Source: Dicyema japonicum
Taxonomy: Eukaryota; Animalia; Dicyemida
DNA: 64,000 bases
Assembly (NCBI GenBank): GCA_011109175.1
Contig: RDEW01000026.1
Coordinates: forward strand, 124,001-188,000
Direction of reading: 5' to 3'
Below the pieces are notes generated by a model. It was not told the DNA's origin, did no database searches, and worked only from the letters and a program-made list of their open reading frames with translations. Every line of letters starts with the position of its first letter. The stretch's first letter is position 1. Shown piece by piece: positions 26,941-40,211 of the stretch. Made by a program: the position numbers and the translations under genes.

Positions 26941-28599
26941 ATCTTAATGCATCATGACACTTATCAAGAAACGAGATGCATTGAAGAAAACCAGATTGCA
27001 AACAAATTCCTATATATCATCCATATGGACTATTACAGAATTTCGCAACTAATCTGTGCTAACCACGACATAAGTGGAGCCGGCTTGTTGGTCGACTATG
27101 CCACAGAAACTCGTGTAGCATCTACAGTTTCTGTACTATTAACCTCAACCATCTACGACCTCGGCACATATCGTGTTAGCGAGGCTATACAACTATTCTA
27201 TCAATTCCCATACAATACCTAATATATGGAAGAATTCACTGATTACACCAATTCTCAAGCCTGGAAAATCAAACGACATTCCATCTTCTTACATGTTTCC
27301 ATAACTTAGGCTTTGTCAAAAGTATTGAAAATCTTGTATTAATGTTAATCTCCCCTGTTCTACAATTATCCCGATTTTGAGGCTTAGTTAATAAAGACGC
27401 CGCACAAATGCATGTAAAATAATATTGATTTCATTCTATAATAAATAGATCAGAAAGTTGCATTAATATTAATTATATTGGTTGAGGTGGTGTCTCTATT
27501 GCACAAATGTCTGAAACGCACTTAAAGCGATTGGAGGACTTAAAATAACATCTTTCTATGTAAGAGGGATCAGCAAGGAGTGGAAAAGATACCTGTTATG
27601 TTCGGATCTGGGGAGATATGGTGCAGACGTGGGATGCCTACAAGAGACAAAAGTACAGGCTGAAATGGACGAGCTACATGGAGACTATAGACTCATTTTA
27701 CTACCATCGTCATCAAGACACTATGGACAGGGGTTTGCCGTGCACAAGAAACTTGTTAGTGGGATACGTCGATGTTGGAGTGTTAACGACAGAATCAGAA
27801 AACTGCAAATACGGGTTGGGGGCAAACGCACGTCGAGGGCCTTTATCTCAATTATAAATGTTATGCACCGTGTGACGGGTCGCCAAAGATTCGGACGAAT
27901 TTGACGCTTTCTACGTGCAGCTGTCGAGGACATATGCCGAACTGGAATCGTCTTTTCTAGTCTTCATTGCCGGAGACTGGAATGTTAAAGCAGGAGTACG
28001 TCGGGAACATGAGTCGACTATCGGAAGACACGGAAGAGGGATCAGGAACCTGCCGGGGACTGTGCTGATAAATTTCTGTCGGTAATTTGGTCTATTCCTA
28101 TGTAACACTGCATTTGCACGGTAACCGGTAAATTCATCGCTATGTAAATCAAGGAACCACGTGGGCGGGTTTCTAGATAGAAGAGGTCGAAATTTTGATT
28201 TTTTATATTTATAGTTAAAATGCGATTTTGGAGAGGAGTCACGTATCCGTGACGGTATGTAGTACCTATTCGAGGTAGACCTAATAGAAAATTGAAGAGA
28301 GGATCTATTTTTTCACCTTTCTTCAGAAGTTGACGTAAGCCTGCAATGTATTATTGGGGGATTAATTTGGTTGCTACAAGCACAAATAATAAAATAAATA
28401 ACTCTAAAAACCATAAAATTGGCCAGTTTTCTTTAGTGCTGAGGACAGTATTCATCTATATCTTTAACACAATAGTAATGGTTGCATGTAATTGTGTTTC
28501 TTTTAACTGATAAAGTAGCTTATAATCTGGTGATAATGTCCTTTAATTCTTTTGTACTTTATCGTCATTACTATATAGTAATATTCTTCGTCATTACTA

Positions 28600-29135
28600 T
28601 ATAGGGCTCCAGCCGACTGCTGGTCAGGATGATTCTCCAACTCCAAACAGAATCATCTGAAATCACAGAGATGGAGCATTTGAAGGGGATGATGCCTGAG
28701 CAGAAAGATCATTACAGGACCATCTGCGAGGAGATGTGGCGCAACCGTCGATTGTTATGGACACCATGCTCTCTCTTGTCGAAGGAGTGCAGGACGATTT
28801 CCAAGACACAAGGCGATCAAAGGAATTATCAAACGAGCCTTGGAGTCTGCGGGATACCCCGCCATACTTGAACCTGTTGGCCTGGACAGAAGAGACGGAA
28901 AACGTCCCGACGGGATCACAATTTTCCCATTCGAAGAGAGGAAACCTTTGGTCTGAAACGCTACTAATGTCGACCCACTTTGCCTGTCCAACATTGTCGG
29001 GAGCGCGGTAGACACACTGTATTCCACGGAAAAAACGATGAGGGCAAAGGAGAAGAAATACGAAGCGCTACGCAAACCGATTCGCGTTTTATCCGATAGT
29101 GGTCGAAACAACTGGAGGAATATTCTTATTTCTTG
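28600..29135 (+). mobile_element. CRE-like LINE zinc knuckle plus restriction-like endonuclease fragment inside the MULE
   Basis: GHHALSCRRSAGRFPRH, LEPVGLDRRDGKRPDG, KEKKY, PIVVETTG. Confidence 0.8.
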
Positions 29136-29776
29136 ACAGAATGGCTTTGCAATTTGTAATGAGTGACAGAAGTAAGAGAAAACTTTCTGAGAATGTATAT
29201 ATTTACTGTTTTTGAAAATTTAATGGGCAAGTCACATTTTTGGAAATGTGAATCCTTCTATAAAATTTAATGTAAAGCGAGAGTACACACCAAAGGAGAC
29301 AGCATTGTTAAAAGATTCAATGAACACAATCATGCTGGTGATGCTGCATATGTTGAATCAGAGAATTACTCAAGAAATAAAAAGAAGAGCTCTTGCATCA
29401 CAAGATAATCCACATACTGTTGCAACTGAAGTGTTTGTGGGTTTGCCACTGGAGGTGTCTACCGACTACCATTAGCTTTTTAATTAAAAGAATATTAGAA
29501 ATTCAAGAAATTTAAAAGATCAAGCTCCTCCCAATCCACTTAACATAGACCAGCTAAGAATACCTTCAGAATACAAATACTCTTATGAAAAATGAATCTA
29601 TCAGTCCGTCGCCGGTTGGCCTGGACTGTTCATCCGGGTACCCCTTTTCCTTGCTAACCATCCATTTGCTGGTCTAGGCAGTTACACATCCTAATTTCAT
29701 CTCAAGAACGTTGTAGGTACAAAGCCAGTACGCCTATCTCCAGTTAGTTCTCCTTTTTTAGGTCCTTTTCCCATTA

Positions 29777-30015
29777 TGTTCTTCCACAATGGTCCCAACC
29801 CGTCTTGTAAGGACCGATGATGTGGTTGACAAAGTTCCGTGTAGATCCCAATTCGAATGTAGAGAACAATTAGTGTGGATACCTCCTCCCCTGTAGGTCC
29901 CAACTCCAGTATGTACTTCCACAATAGTCCCAGGTCCTGGAGGGATCAATGGTCTAAGTAACAAAGTCCCGTGTGGACCCGGATACGAATGTAGGGATCA
30001 ATTGGTGTGGGTACT
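29777..30015. repeat. Imperfect 135-bp-period direct repeat within an unassigned GC-richer insert (~29590-30040)
   Basis: tgttcttccacaatggtccca...gaatgtagagaacaattagtgtgg versus tgtacttccacaatagtccca...gaatgtagggatcaattggtgtgg. Confidence 0.75.
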
Positions 30016-33000
30016 AGGTCCAACTTAGAAAATATCCGTTAATGTGTAAAAAAACAGAAAAAAACTATAACAAAAAGTTTTTTTTCTAAATTAAAATCAT
30101 TGGAGTCATCGATATCAGCTAGGACAATTATGACTGATTTCGAAAAAGCAGCTATAAATGGATTTAATATTATATTTCCTGATGCTATTACGAAGGGCTG
30201 TTTCTTTCATTTGTCCCAATCCATATTTAGATGAATCCAATCACAGGGACTACAATTATTATGTCAGAGAGATTCAGAATCCGCTTTGAAAATGCGCATG
30301 ATTGCGGCGCTCGCATTTGTCCCCACATTACATGTTGTTCATTATGTTGAATATTTGTGTGATTACAATAATTTTCCAGAAGAACTCAATCTGTATTGGA
30401 CTATGGAGAAGATAATTGGATAGTGCGTCCCGAATTCCGTCAAGTACGTCGTTGCCCGCGTTTTACTTATCAATTATGAAATTGTTTTGATCCAGTAAAA
30501 ATTACTGGTCCTAAAACAAATAACTCTTGTGAAGAATGGCATCATTTTATAAATTCTTTAATTGGAGCGTGCCAGCCTACTATCTGGAAATTTATCGACG
30601 TTTTGAAATAGAAACAAGCAAGGAACGAAGCTAAAATTAAACAATACGTTGCTGGTGAGGAAGGTCCTACAACAAAGAAAAAATACAGAAATAATGCTTA
30701 AGAATTAAACGTATTGTAAATGACTTTGACAATCGCGAAATTCTTGACTATTTAAAAGGAATTGCTTATAATTTAGCATTTTAGAAATTAACACTATGTT
30801 TTTGTTAATAATTGTTATAAACTTGTTTTCAAAAAATTATATTTTCATAAATTTTTATTTAAAAGTTGACCTTTAATTTTAATCAATAATTTCATCATTT
30901 ACCAATACACACACTTTCTCACATCTTGATAAAATTTAACACTATTTGGAGAATTGAAGTTTTCAATTTTCTTCTATCTTGGGGATCTGGCCACGTGACT
31001 CATATCGTCAAATTAATCGCCAAAATCACATTTTAATAATATAAAAAATCAAAATTTCGACCTCTTCCTTAAAGAACCCACGTGGTCGCTTGGATTTACC
31101 AGCGATGAATTTACCGGCAAGGTCATACGGAGGTGCTGTCGTGGAAAGCGATCACAAAATCGTCGTAGCCCTGTTTGATATTACAAGTCGCACGCACTTC
31201 AGGAACAAAGCCACCTCAGGTCATACGAAGAGGATACCTAGTCGAGAGATTATGTTTTTCACACTTCACTCGAAATATCTATCGATCATCTATGGAACAT
31301 TATCTACAGCAATAGACAGGCCTTCACCGGAGTCACTTGGACGCATACAATGGAAAGAATTCACATGGCTGCAGACGAACACATTGGGAGGCGGCCGCAC
31401 AACGCACGAGGTACCAAGCAGAGCCACCGCGATGTTCCCGCACTAGCTGCAAAACAGAAGGATCTTCGACTATCGCTATAAAACATGACTACACAGACAG
31501 GAAATGCTTTTTACAGTCGGAACGTACTAGGATACAAAGAAAAATCAAAAAATTAAACAGTGAACATGTTGCAAACGTTTTGGATGCCAGGCTAAATGAA
31601 GTGGAGAATCTAAAGGATTGTGCGCAGATGTTCTTGACAATGCGCCTGCTTAAGAGGAAGAACCAAAAGGGCAAACTAAAAATTCAGGATAACAAAGGGA
31701 ATATGATTTTTGACGCTACGGAACAAGCCGAACTTATTGCTGCTCATTTTGAACGACTCTTTGACGTTGACGGGGAAAAGGTGGACCTGATCACTGGTAA
31801 TGCAATAAATCTTGTAAATGAAATTACGGTGGGAAAAGTTATGATAGCAATAGAGAGACTGAAGTGCAATCGCTCGTCAGGACCGGATGGCATAAGTGCT
31901 GAGTTACTGAAGTACGGCCCAAAACCCTGGTGGAAATCGTGCCAAAGTATTAAACGAAATGTTTGCAACTAACGACCTTCTTTCCGTTGGGCAAAGGAAT
32001 TCTGTGCCGATTCAAAACTAAATAAAAGGCGGGCCTGTGGAAAACCTGTACCCAGTCATCCTACTCAATACGCTAAGGTCCTTGCTCTGGTGGTGCTGGA
32101 TCGTGTGCAAGAGCCTGTGAATGAATTCCTGTCATCGAGCCACAGTGGATTCAGGACAGGCAGATCTACCGCTGATGTGGTAGCGTTGTGTCACTTACCA
32201 AAGATTTGAGAGTGCGACTACAAGTTTGGGGATCGACATGTCGAAAGTTTTCGACACAATTCGCCGAGGAAAGCTTATTGATGTTTTGCGGGGATTCCTT
32301 AATAGGGATTCTGTCAGGTTGAGAGAATTTTTATTGTCGAACACAGAACTGACGGTACGAGTTGGGAGTACGTCGTCTATAAATTTTTGACGACTTTGGG
32401 TACCCCCAGGGGGATTCCCTTTCCCCTTTGCTGTTGTGGTATACCTGGAGGTAGCATTGGGTGGTCTTAGAAGTTTTTATAATGGTCAAATCACCGAAAT
32501 TATATACGCTGATGATGTGGATTTCGTATCGGAAGATAAAGCAGCCTTGAGGCGGTTACTTGACGTTGCCCTTGCAGAGTTTGGGAAATAGTTTCTTTGT
32601 GAAAACAGCTAAAACTTAAATTGTGTAAATCGTACGCGTGGGATCAAGATTGTAAGAAGGAAGGAGACGTTTCAGAAAGCTCAGACCTCTCCTCGGAGAC
32701 AGTGAAGACATAACCCGGAGGAAAGTACTATCGACGGTCGCAATGAACAGGATGAAGACGGATTGGTTGACTAAAAGACCGGTAACGATCGCGCTTCGTT
32801 TGCGCCTCGATAATGCTTTCGTGAAGCCGGTCCTGCTATATAACTCTTCCTGCTGGGGGATCTCGTTTTCAGAAACCAAAAATTTAACTCCTTCCACCGA
32901 AAGCTATTACGAAAACTATGCGGGGTACAATGCCGACACGGATCAACAATGAGGCACTGTACCGAAAGTGCTCAACGCGACCTGTGACTTGGGATGTGGT

Positions 33001-33289
33001 AGAGGTCCGATGGAGACTGTTTGGACACGTCTTACGAATGGACCCCACATCACCTGTAAATTTGGCAATGGATAAATATTTCGCTGCAAGGGCAAAGAAA
33101 TATCGGAGGCGTCCGCGTACTACGCTACTGGGAGTGCTGAATGAGGATCTCAAGGTAATCAACCGGAGACTCGTAAGTAAGGAGGATCTGGATACTATGA
33201 AAAGTTTGGCGTGTAACAGGGGAAGATGGACGAGATTGATCAGAAAAAATCGCTCAACGTGAAGAAATATAACAATTATATTAATACGA

Positions 33290-33607
33290 TAATAATAATA
33301 ATAACAGCCATTATCACGGAGCCGTGTTATTAGTTCCGCATAGGCAGGACACACACTTTAATTAAGTAAAGAACAGTTAGTTTTAACTAATCCAAGGAAT
33401 GAACTTCAGTTCTATTTTCTTTTTCTCGTGTGTGGGTCCTTTCTAGACAATCCAGTTCCGCAGTGAGAGTCCACTGATGACGGCGTCACTCGTCATGCCT
33501 TTTTAGCATCGTAGATGCGTGGAACCTTCCACCAGGTGAACAGCAGCGAGAATCGAACCCGTAACATAAGTCACTTTAGCCCGACACCTAACCACTATGC
33601 CACCCGT
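33290..33607 (-). mobile_element. tRNA-derived SINE, copy 3
   Basis: Reverse complement of copy 1; (TAA)n on both sides. Confidence 0.85.
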
Positions 33608-33631
33608 CTATACTTTAATAATAATAAATAA

Positions 33632-35150
33632 ATTTATTATATTTTTTCACAAAATAATTTAAAACTCGGTTAGAAATAATATTGCTAAATTTAAATTTGT
33701 TTAAAAATGATAAATTAAAAATATTCGAATAAAATATTGAATTCTGTGTTAATAATAAATTTCTCATTTGGAATGTCGTATGTCTTATAATTTATAATTC
33801 TAGACTATTAAATATATTTTATTGTAACAATGGGTGTTTAGCTACTAAAAGAATTTTTGCCAACTGCACAACGACCAGAGAGACTATTAAAAAAGTGCCC
33901 ATGCTTAAAAAAACAAGATTTTTGATGTTGATTTTTTCGACAAAAGCAGTGTGGACTATTTGGTCTTGTTGATTGCTTACAGCAATAATAAACATGTGGT
34001 TTTATGTGATATAAATCTGCAGTATTATCTTGAAACAAAGAAGAGCCTGAAAAGTCTTCTCAGAAATAAAGAGGAGTCTTTTGTCTTTCAAGTTTATGTC
34101 GTGAATTGTGAGGACTCATTCGAGACCATTTTGGATCAGCTGTTTTGTCCCACGACACGAAGACAGCTCGGAAAGGTACTCAAGAAGATGCACAAGTCAA
34201 GGATACTGTTTTCCATTAGTCCCTTAATTCGCAGAGTTTCCTTTTCAGATTCCGGGGAATTCACATCCTACGACGTGGATATAAGAAACATACCCACGAA
34301 GGCTGTACAAGAACAGGCTGAAAACGATCTTATCGAGAAACTGCGAACAGAAATCTTATCCAACCATGCCCAAGTCAGTGGAGAGTTGGAAAGGATCTAC
34401 AACAGGATTAGTTTACTCGAAAGTATCAGTTTTGCTTATTTTTAGATCGCCAGAAACAAATGTATTATTATTGCTTACTCTTAGTGTGGATGGCCAAGTC
34501 AATTTAAGTAATTTGAGAGAAACTGTGGCCAAAATTTCAGAGAATATGTCTTCTGAATCCAATATACTATTTGATGTATTCTCCAGGGGTTTTTCTGGAT
34601 TATTTCTTGTAGAATTTCTTACTCTAAATGATCAATTTTCTAAAATTTCTGAAATAAGTAAATATACGGAAGAAAACACATGTAGACTTAATCTCCAATT
34701 GGAGGATAAATATGAAAATCTAATTGAAAACCTTGAAACGACCACTTTGAAAAGCCTCGTAATTTTAAAAGATCAATTTGAAAAACAGAACAATGAAATT
34801 AAGGGTTTGTAGCCGTTTTATTGTTTGTAGGTCTTATTTCAGACATGAATCCGTCACGTGATCCATCATGGCACTCAATTCTTTCGGAAGATTTCATAGA
34901 AATCTCTGACGACGATGAAACGAATTCCGTGTATTTCCAACGGAATGATCGGGATTAGTTAATTTTCCATCATTCTTTTACATTTTGAATTTTTAAAACT
35001 TGTTTTGTAATTGATTTTAAATAAGATTTGCCAATTGAATTTCTAATTAAATTATTGATTTCATTTATAATCTTCCATAAATTGGGGTGTCTAATTTAAT
35101 GGTTTTAAACATGTTTGGATAGAAATGTGATTCACGTGGAGAGGATATTT
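33632..35150 (+). repeat. ~1.5-kb segmental duplication, copy B
   Basis: Matches 18085-19605. Confidence 0.95.
33773..34958 (+). CDS. Orphan protein, intact copy B (MSLLNIFYCNNGCLATKRIF...SVYFQRNDRD*), with a helical/coiled-coil-like C-terminal half
   Basis: Continuous frame after removing five short GT-AG introns (23-28 nt). Confidence 0.75.
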
Positions 35151-35219
35151 ATCACTGATAAATTTTTAAAAATGTTGGTAAATTTCAGATTTGGAAAATT
35201 TAAGAGTGGCATATTTGAG

Positions 35220-35650
35220 AGAGTTTACTGTATTTGGAAGCAGCCATGAGGGAATTCAGACCGTTCGTTATACAAAGAGAATATGATTAGCAGACGATGT
35301 CGACCTAATTTCCAAAGACAAGCGCTCTTAGAACATTTATAGGAAATTCGGAAATGGATTCCTATTGTAAGTAAAACAGAATTCTCTTGTAAGAGAAAGT
35401 GAGATATTATACAGAGAATGCGGCTATACATAAAGTATTATGACTTAAAAGAAAAGGAATCAGCATCAAACTCAGGATACTGCTATACTTTGCTTATATT
35501 TTAATACAACGCTGGGACTTAGGAAAAAGTAGAGAGGTCGAACTCGTTCCACAAGGACCATTTGAGAAAAAAGGATAAATTTGCCTGTCATAATACGAAT
35601 GGACTTGAAAAAACGTAAAACATTAATTGACGACCTGGAAGTATTAGGAG
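35220..35650 (+). mobile_element. Decayed RTE RT fragment
   Basis: ADDVDLISKDK and downstream similarity to the other RTE copies. Confidence 0.4.
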
Positions 35651-35775
35651 CCATAGATTATAATAGGATGTATGAAATTGAACTAAAAATTGTTCTTTTG
35701 TTGCACATAAATATGGCTCTTGCGAAAGTGCTAATAAAATAACAACAAATTAAAAAAATAAAGACCTCAGTAAAA

Positions 35776-38700
35776 TTATTTGTCTATAGGATTATATAGA
35801 GTATAACCTGGCCAAAGAATATATCTTAATTTTAAAGCCAATCTCCGTAAACTTTCATCATTGGGAGTGATTTCCAATGCATCAAGAACATGTTCCATTG
35901 CATCAATGTAGTTAGCTGATTTCATCAAATCACTAGAATAATTAATTCACAAACTCAATAACTCCCAATATATCACTATCAGATTGAAGACTATCTCCAG
36001 CAATCAAACCTTAAATTAGACTATAGATTACTGAAATCATTTAATGATGGTTCAATTCTTGGAGAACTATTAGAAGACTCAGAGGCAAGTACCTCACCCA
36101 TGTAGTCTAAATAGAATCACCAATTACCTTCCTGATCACTCTGAAATAGACTACAGAACATATTGCCAGAGAAAGTCTCATAAGTCAGTACAATAAGTTA
36201 ATAATATACCTTATAATCATTCACATCTTCAATAAGAGATTTTTTACTATCCACATCTTGGTTGATTTCATTAATTGATTTGCTAGTAGAGATATCCTTA
36301 CTTAACTCAATCATAGGAGACTTAATATCATCGTCCTCATTGATTTCACTCATAGCAGATTTACCATCAATATTCACATTGGTTTCTCTCACGTGTAAAG
36401 AATCGACGAGGAATTCACTATTATTATTGTTTAGTCGAGGTTCTTCATCCTCATGGTCATAGTCAATTAATTCTAATATAAGTAATATTTAACCATTCGT
36501 CCACTTGATTGAATCATCAGAGTCTATAACCTCATCATTAATCACATATCCATTCTCAAATACAAGTTCATGATTAGATATTCCAAAGCAATCTGAAATT
36601 ACTAGTTAAATTACCATCAAATCCTCTAAGATGCTTCATACAATCTTCAAAAAGTGGAGGAATCTCAGAGGCCACGTGGGACAGTTGAATCTGAGTCTTA
36701 GAGAGGTGAACTTCACGTTCATCAAACGAAAACAGCTCTGTGAGTTCCATGAATGAGAAATGTTGGTTAAAAAATCTATCCTTATCATCTGGCTTATTGA
36801 GAAGACCACGGTTTATGGTATCCTTGAATACTTGTCTCCTGTAAATCTTCTCTTCCACAGTCCCGCAGGTAATGAGTCTATAGACCACGACAGGTCGGGT
36901 CTGTCCTACTCTGTGAACTCGGGCCACCGCCTGATTATCGTTGGCAGGATTCCAACTTGGATCATCTACAATGAGGTCCTTCCCTTACATATCACAACCC
37001 TGTCCGCTCCGGTGAGGTTCAGTCCGACACCACCAACCATGGTTGTAAGCAAAAGGAAAGACACTCGGCTATCCCTAGCCTGAAACGCCTTTATAATCTG
37101 GTTCCTCCGCTCTTGAGAAGTAATACTGCCGTCCAGTCTCAACATGGAATGTCTCTGTTAATAAAAAGGAAACAAAACCTGTCCAGTAAGGATATTCTCT
37201 ATTATATCCAACACAACTAAGGATCTGCTGAATATTAGAGTTCTGTGACCATCAGCTCGGAGGGAATTTAACAGTCTAATTACAAATTTCAATTTTCCTG
37301 ATGCCTCCATCAGCTCAGTTGGGTTCGGATTTTGTCCATAAAGTTGCTGAAAACTAAAGTAAAAAACTTATTGAGTACGTGCTCTCCAAATCCTTTATCC
37401 CTGAGAATATCTCAGTTAGCTCCCTAATACGTGAAAGAGGCAATCTTAAAGGATGGTCAGAGAGTTTCTTTAAATTTTGAATTGCTATTAGAGAGGACTA
37501 TGAAATGACTGAATTGGTATACTCTGTTAAAGTCATCAACATCAATTAATTGTTTGTACCGAAAGATCTGCTGATTACTGAGATATGTCCAACATACGAG
37601 GTCCAGTTTTTGGGGAATTTCAACATACTGGGAGTTTACTTCCATACATCTAAGATATATTATAACACACTTAATATTATATTAACAGAAAGCAGTAAAT
37701 AAAACAGAATAGAGAAAATACAAACAACAAATTATTAGTGACTGATCTGTTAAAACTTGGGAAAATACAATAATAGCTTTAAATGCAGTCATTCCACAAA
37801 TAAATGTATTCGCCAAAAAGCAAATAAAACAAAGTAAAATTCATAAGCCAAATGATTAATTTTCAAAAACTATGCAAATATATAAAATTATTCAAATATC
37901 ACTTTAATATAAAATTATCCACAATAATACATTTTAGAGCAAGTGCCTTCCATCAAGACAAGACTATTAATTTCATCCTTGGTTCGTCGAAGAACATATG
38001 GATCCACCAAATCCTTTAAGTTTTTTAAGAGTCGATTTCCCTTTTCAAACTGTTTTTGTGAACAGTCCTTCTCATTTGCCTACAAATAAGCCCATTTCTT
38101 GCCTTTTTAATACTATTCACATATACGTTCTTAAATTTAGTTTTGGTCCCGAGTTGATTATCTTTGTTCATTATAAAGTCCCAGAGGGACCACAACTCCT
38201 TAAATAATAATTTCAAACAAAACCATCAAATTATTTTGCAGTGGAGTCCCTGTGAGCACAAGTCTCTTTCTGGCTGACAAAGACTTCATCATTTTGGTAG
38301 TTTTGGATTCATTCCTTAGTACGTGGCCTTCATCTAGTACAAGAAAGTCCTGTGCTCAGCAAAAAGTCATACAAATAAAATCCCTCTAAGATGATCAAAA
38401 GAGGTCAAGACAGTTTTGTAGGTAGTAATGAGGACTCCATTTATGTTGAAGTATCGTCTCAGTGCATCAAACCTGTCTCTTCGATAAAAAACGTTGAATG
38501 GGAATTTAATGTCCCTAAAGTTTCACTTAAAGGTACCATTTTTCAAATTCATCCAGCCAATTTTGAAGCAAACTAGAAGGAACTACAGTAAGAATCCTGG
38601 TAGAGGCATTCTTTTGGTAGATTAGTTCAATATATGCGATTGCTTGTATAGTTTTCCCTAATCTACAAATTGACATCATTTTGAAATATACCCCATTTCA

Positions 38701-38816
38701 TCTGCTAAAATAGCTCCATTTGATCTTTCCAAACATTTAGTAATCCATTCCACGCCAAATTTCTGGTAGTCGTAGAGTTTATTAAAAATGTTTATTCGCT
38801 CCACATCGTTTGGCAT
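35776..38816 (-). CDS. ERCC6L: SNF2-family DNA translocase ERCC6L/PICH
   Basis: ILADEMGLGKT, LVLDEGH, LTGTPLQNN, YVLRRTK, SGKL, LLTTMVGGVGLNLT, DPSWNPA, VYRLITCGTVEEKIYRRQVFKD, and a C-terminal TPR-like ..AMEHVLDALEITPND. Confidence 0.9.
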
Positions 38817-38909
38817 ATTCGCTGTTTCTTCCCGCTATTTAATTATTATGTTAATTAGTTATTTATTGTTTTTTGTTTTATAAAAATTATAAATTAACAA
38901 TAATAATAA

Positions 38910-39510
38910 TGCACATTCGCAAGAAGGTGGACTTGAGATATTCCTCGGAAACATTCCCATCCCTTATACGCGAATCCAAAAGATCCTTGGAGTGACATTC
39001 GACTCTCTCATGACGCTCTCCAGTCACACGGAGAAAGTGTTAACCAAAGGTCTTTAAAAATGGAACGTATTCAAAGCCATCATAAAGAAGAGCCCCTTGC
39101 CTGCTTTTGCTTGGATCAGCAAATTATATCTTCAAGTTATTGCGCCGACGGTTGAATATTCCTGTTCTGTCTCGAGATTCGCTATTCCTTCTACGAGGGT
39201 CGAGCGTATGAACTCTCTCAGACGTAAGATCATGAGGCATATGCATTCAGATTCCACATCCATCCCCAGTCTCCCTTCAGAGGAGGAGACGATAAGAAAT
39301 GGCCAGGGCTTCATCCGCATGTGCAAGGAGCAAGGAAACCCATTCAGAGAGAGGGCGGTTCATGTGGAGGAATTCAGATCGGCATTAAATAAATACACTC
39401 CGATAGAATTCCTCTGCAGAAGTAAAAGAAGACACTTCAGGAACGCTGTTGGTTCACTGGCGGAGCATTCAAAGAGAATTTGAGGGATGTTGGAGGCTGG
39501 GATCACTTAA
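38910..39510 (+). mobile_element. Jockey/I-like LINE 3' part
   Basis: KILGVTFDS, LYLQVIAPTVEYS; ends ...EH..RI.GMLEAGIT*, shared with other copies. Confidence 0.65.
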
Positions 39511-39544
39511 TTTAGCGAGTTAACACTTTCTTGGTGGTCTTGGG

Positions 39545-39912
39545 GTTTTAAATAAATAATTCGCAAAAAGAAAATTACATCCGCTTGTCCCACCCCCGGA
39601 TGATCCGGTCTGTTAGACTTCTCCGCGCTCTTCTTGAGATAGCGATTTTTTCTAGATCATCTGCGTATTCTAATGCTATTTTAGCATGTTTTAGATCGAT
39701 TTTCATCTCATTGAGAGAAAAGTTGTTAGTGGCTTCCTTCTAAATGCCCCTGAGCAGAGGAAGTATGATCCCATAATACCGTATCCAGGAGCGATATAAT
39801 TCATCCGCAATATGTGTCCATATAATCAGCATAGGATGTTAGTAATAAGTACGATTTCTCCAAATTGTGTTTTAGACATACGTGCAATTGAGGTACGTCA
39901 CCACCTCAGCCA
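39545..39912 (-). mobile_element. Internally deleted (bipartite) RTE derivative: 5' end joined to the C-terminal/3' end
   Basis: ggctgaggtggtg...tgcacgtATGTCTAAAAC 5' motif followed within ~60 nt by LYGHILRM...RKP.TT...DL...ADDL. Confidence 0.65.
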
Positions 39913-40211
39913 AAGATAAATTAACAAAGTGTTTTTAATAAAATTAAATACTAAAAATGGAGTTAATAAAATAATAGTAATGTGCTAATCCACAATAAAT
40001 CTCAGTTAATATGACTGATGCATAAGTCCATTACATCCATCAAGTATATAACACATAAGTGGAAATCCTTGATGAGGTCCGATTATGTCAAATATAAGAA
40101 ATAAAAGGATGAAAAATGTTGACTACTTAAGTTTTTGTCATTTCAAACCTTGAGTAAATAATTAAATCTGAAAAAAGACAATGTTTGAGGATTAAAATAA
40201 ATAATTAACTT

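Larger units (their letters stand above)
28125..31117 (+). mobile_element. Mutator-like element with ~80-bp TIRs and imperfect 8-bp TSD
   Basis: TIR ccggtaaattcatcgct...gaagaggtcgaaattttgatttttt inverted at both ends; TSD cacggtaa/caaggtca; FLYWCH-like region at ~29141-29580; TDFEKA, GCFFHLSQ, TNN.CE.WH at ~30130-30780. Confidence 0.9.
27480..33300 (+). mobile_element. RTE-clade LINE split by a MULE insertion at 28125-31117
   Basis: 5' motif ggttgaggtggtg; APE (GCLQETK, RHYGQG, AGDWNVK, CNTAF|ARSYGG..SDHK), RT (GPDGI, DMSKVFD, QGDSLSP, IYADDVD), C-terminal WRLFGHVLRM. Confidence 0.9.

Noticed and set aside
26947-27222. 91-codon ORF after SINE copy 2
   Set aside because: Its start abuts the SINE tail, and it shows no motif and no intron structure; cannot be supported as a gene.
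33465-33500. Hammerhead ribozyme in the SINE (CTGATGA on the antisense strand)
   Set aside because: No GAAA core follows the stem, and the required three-stem pairing is absent.
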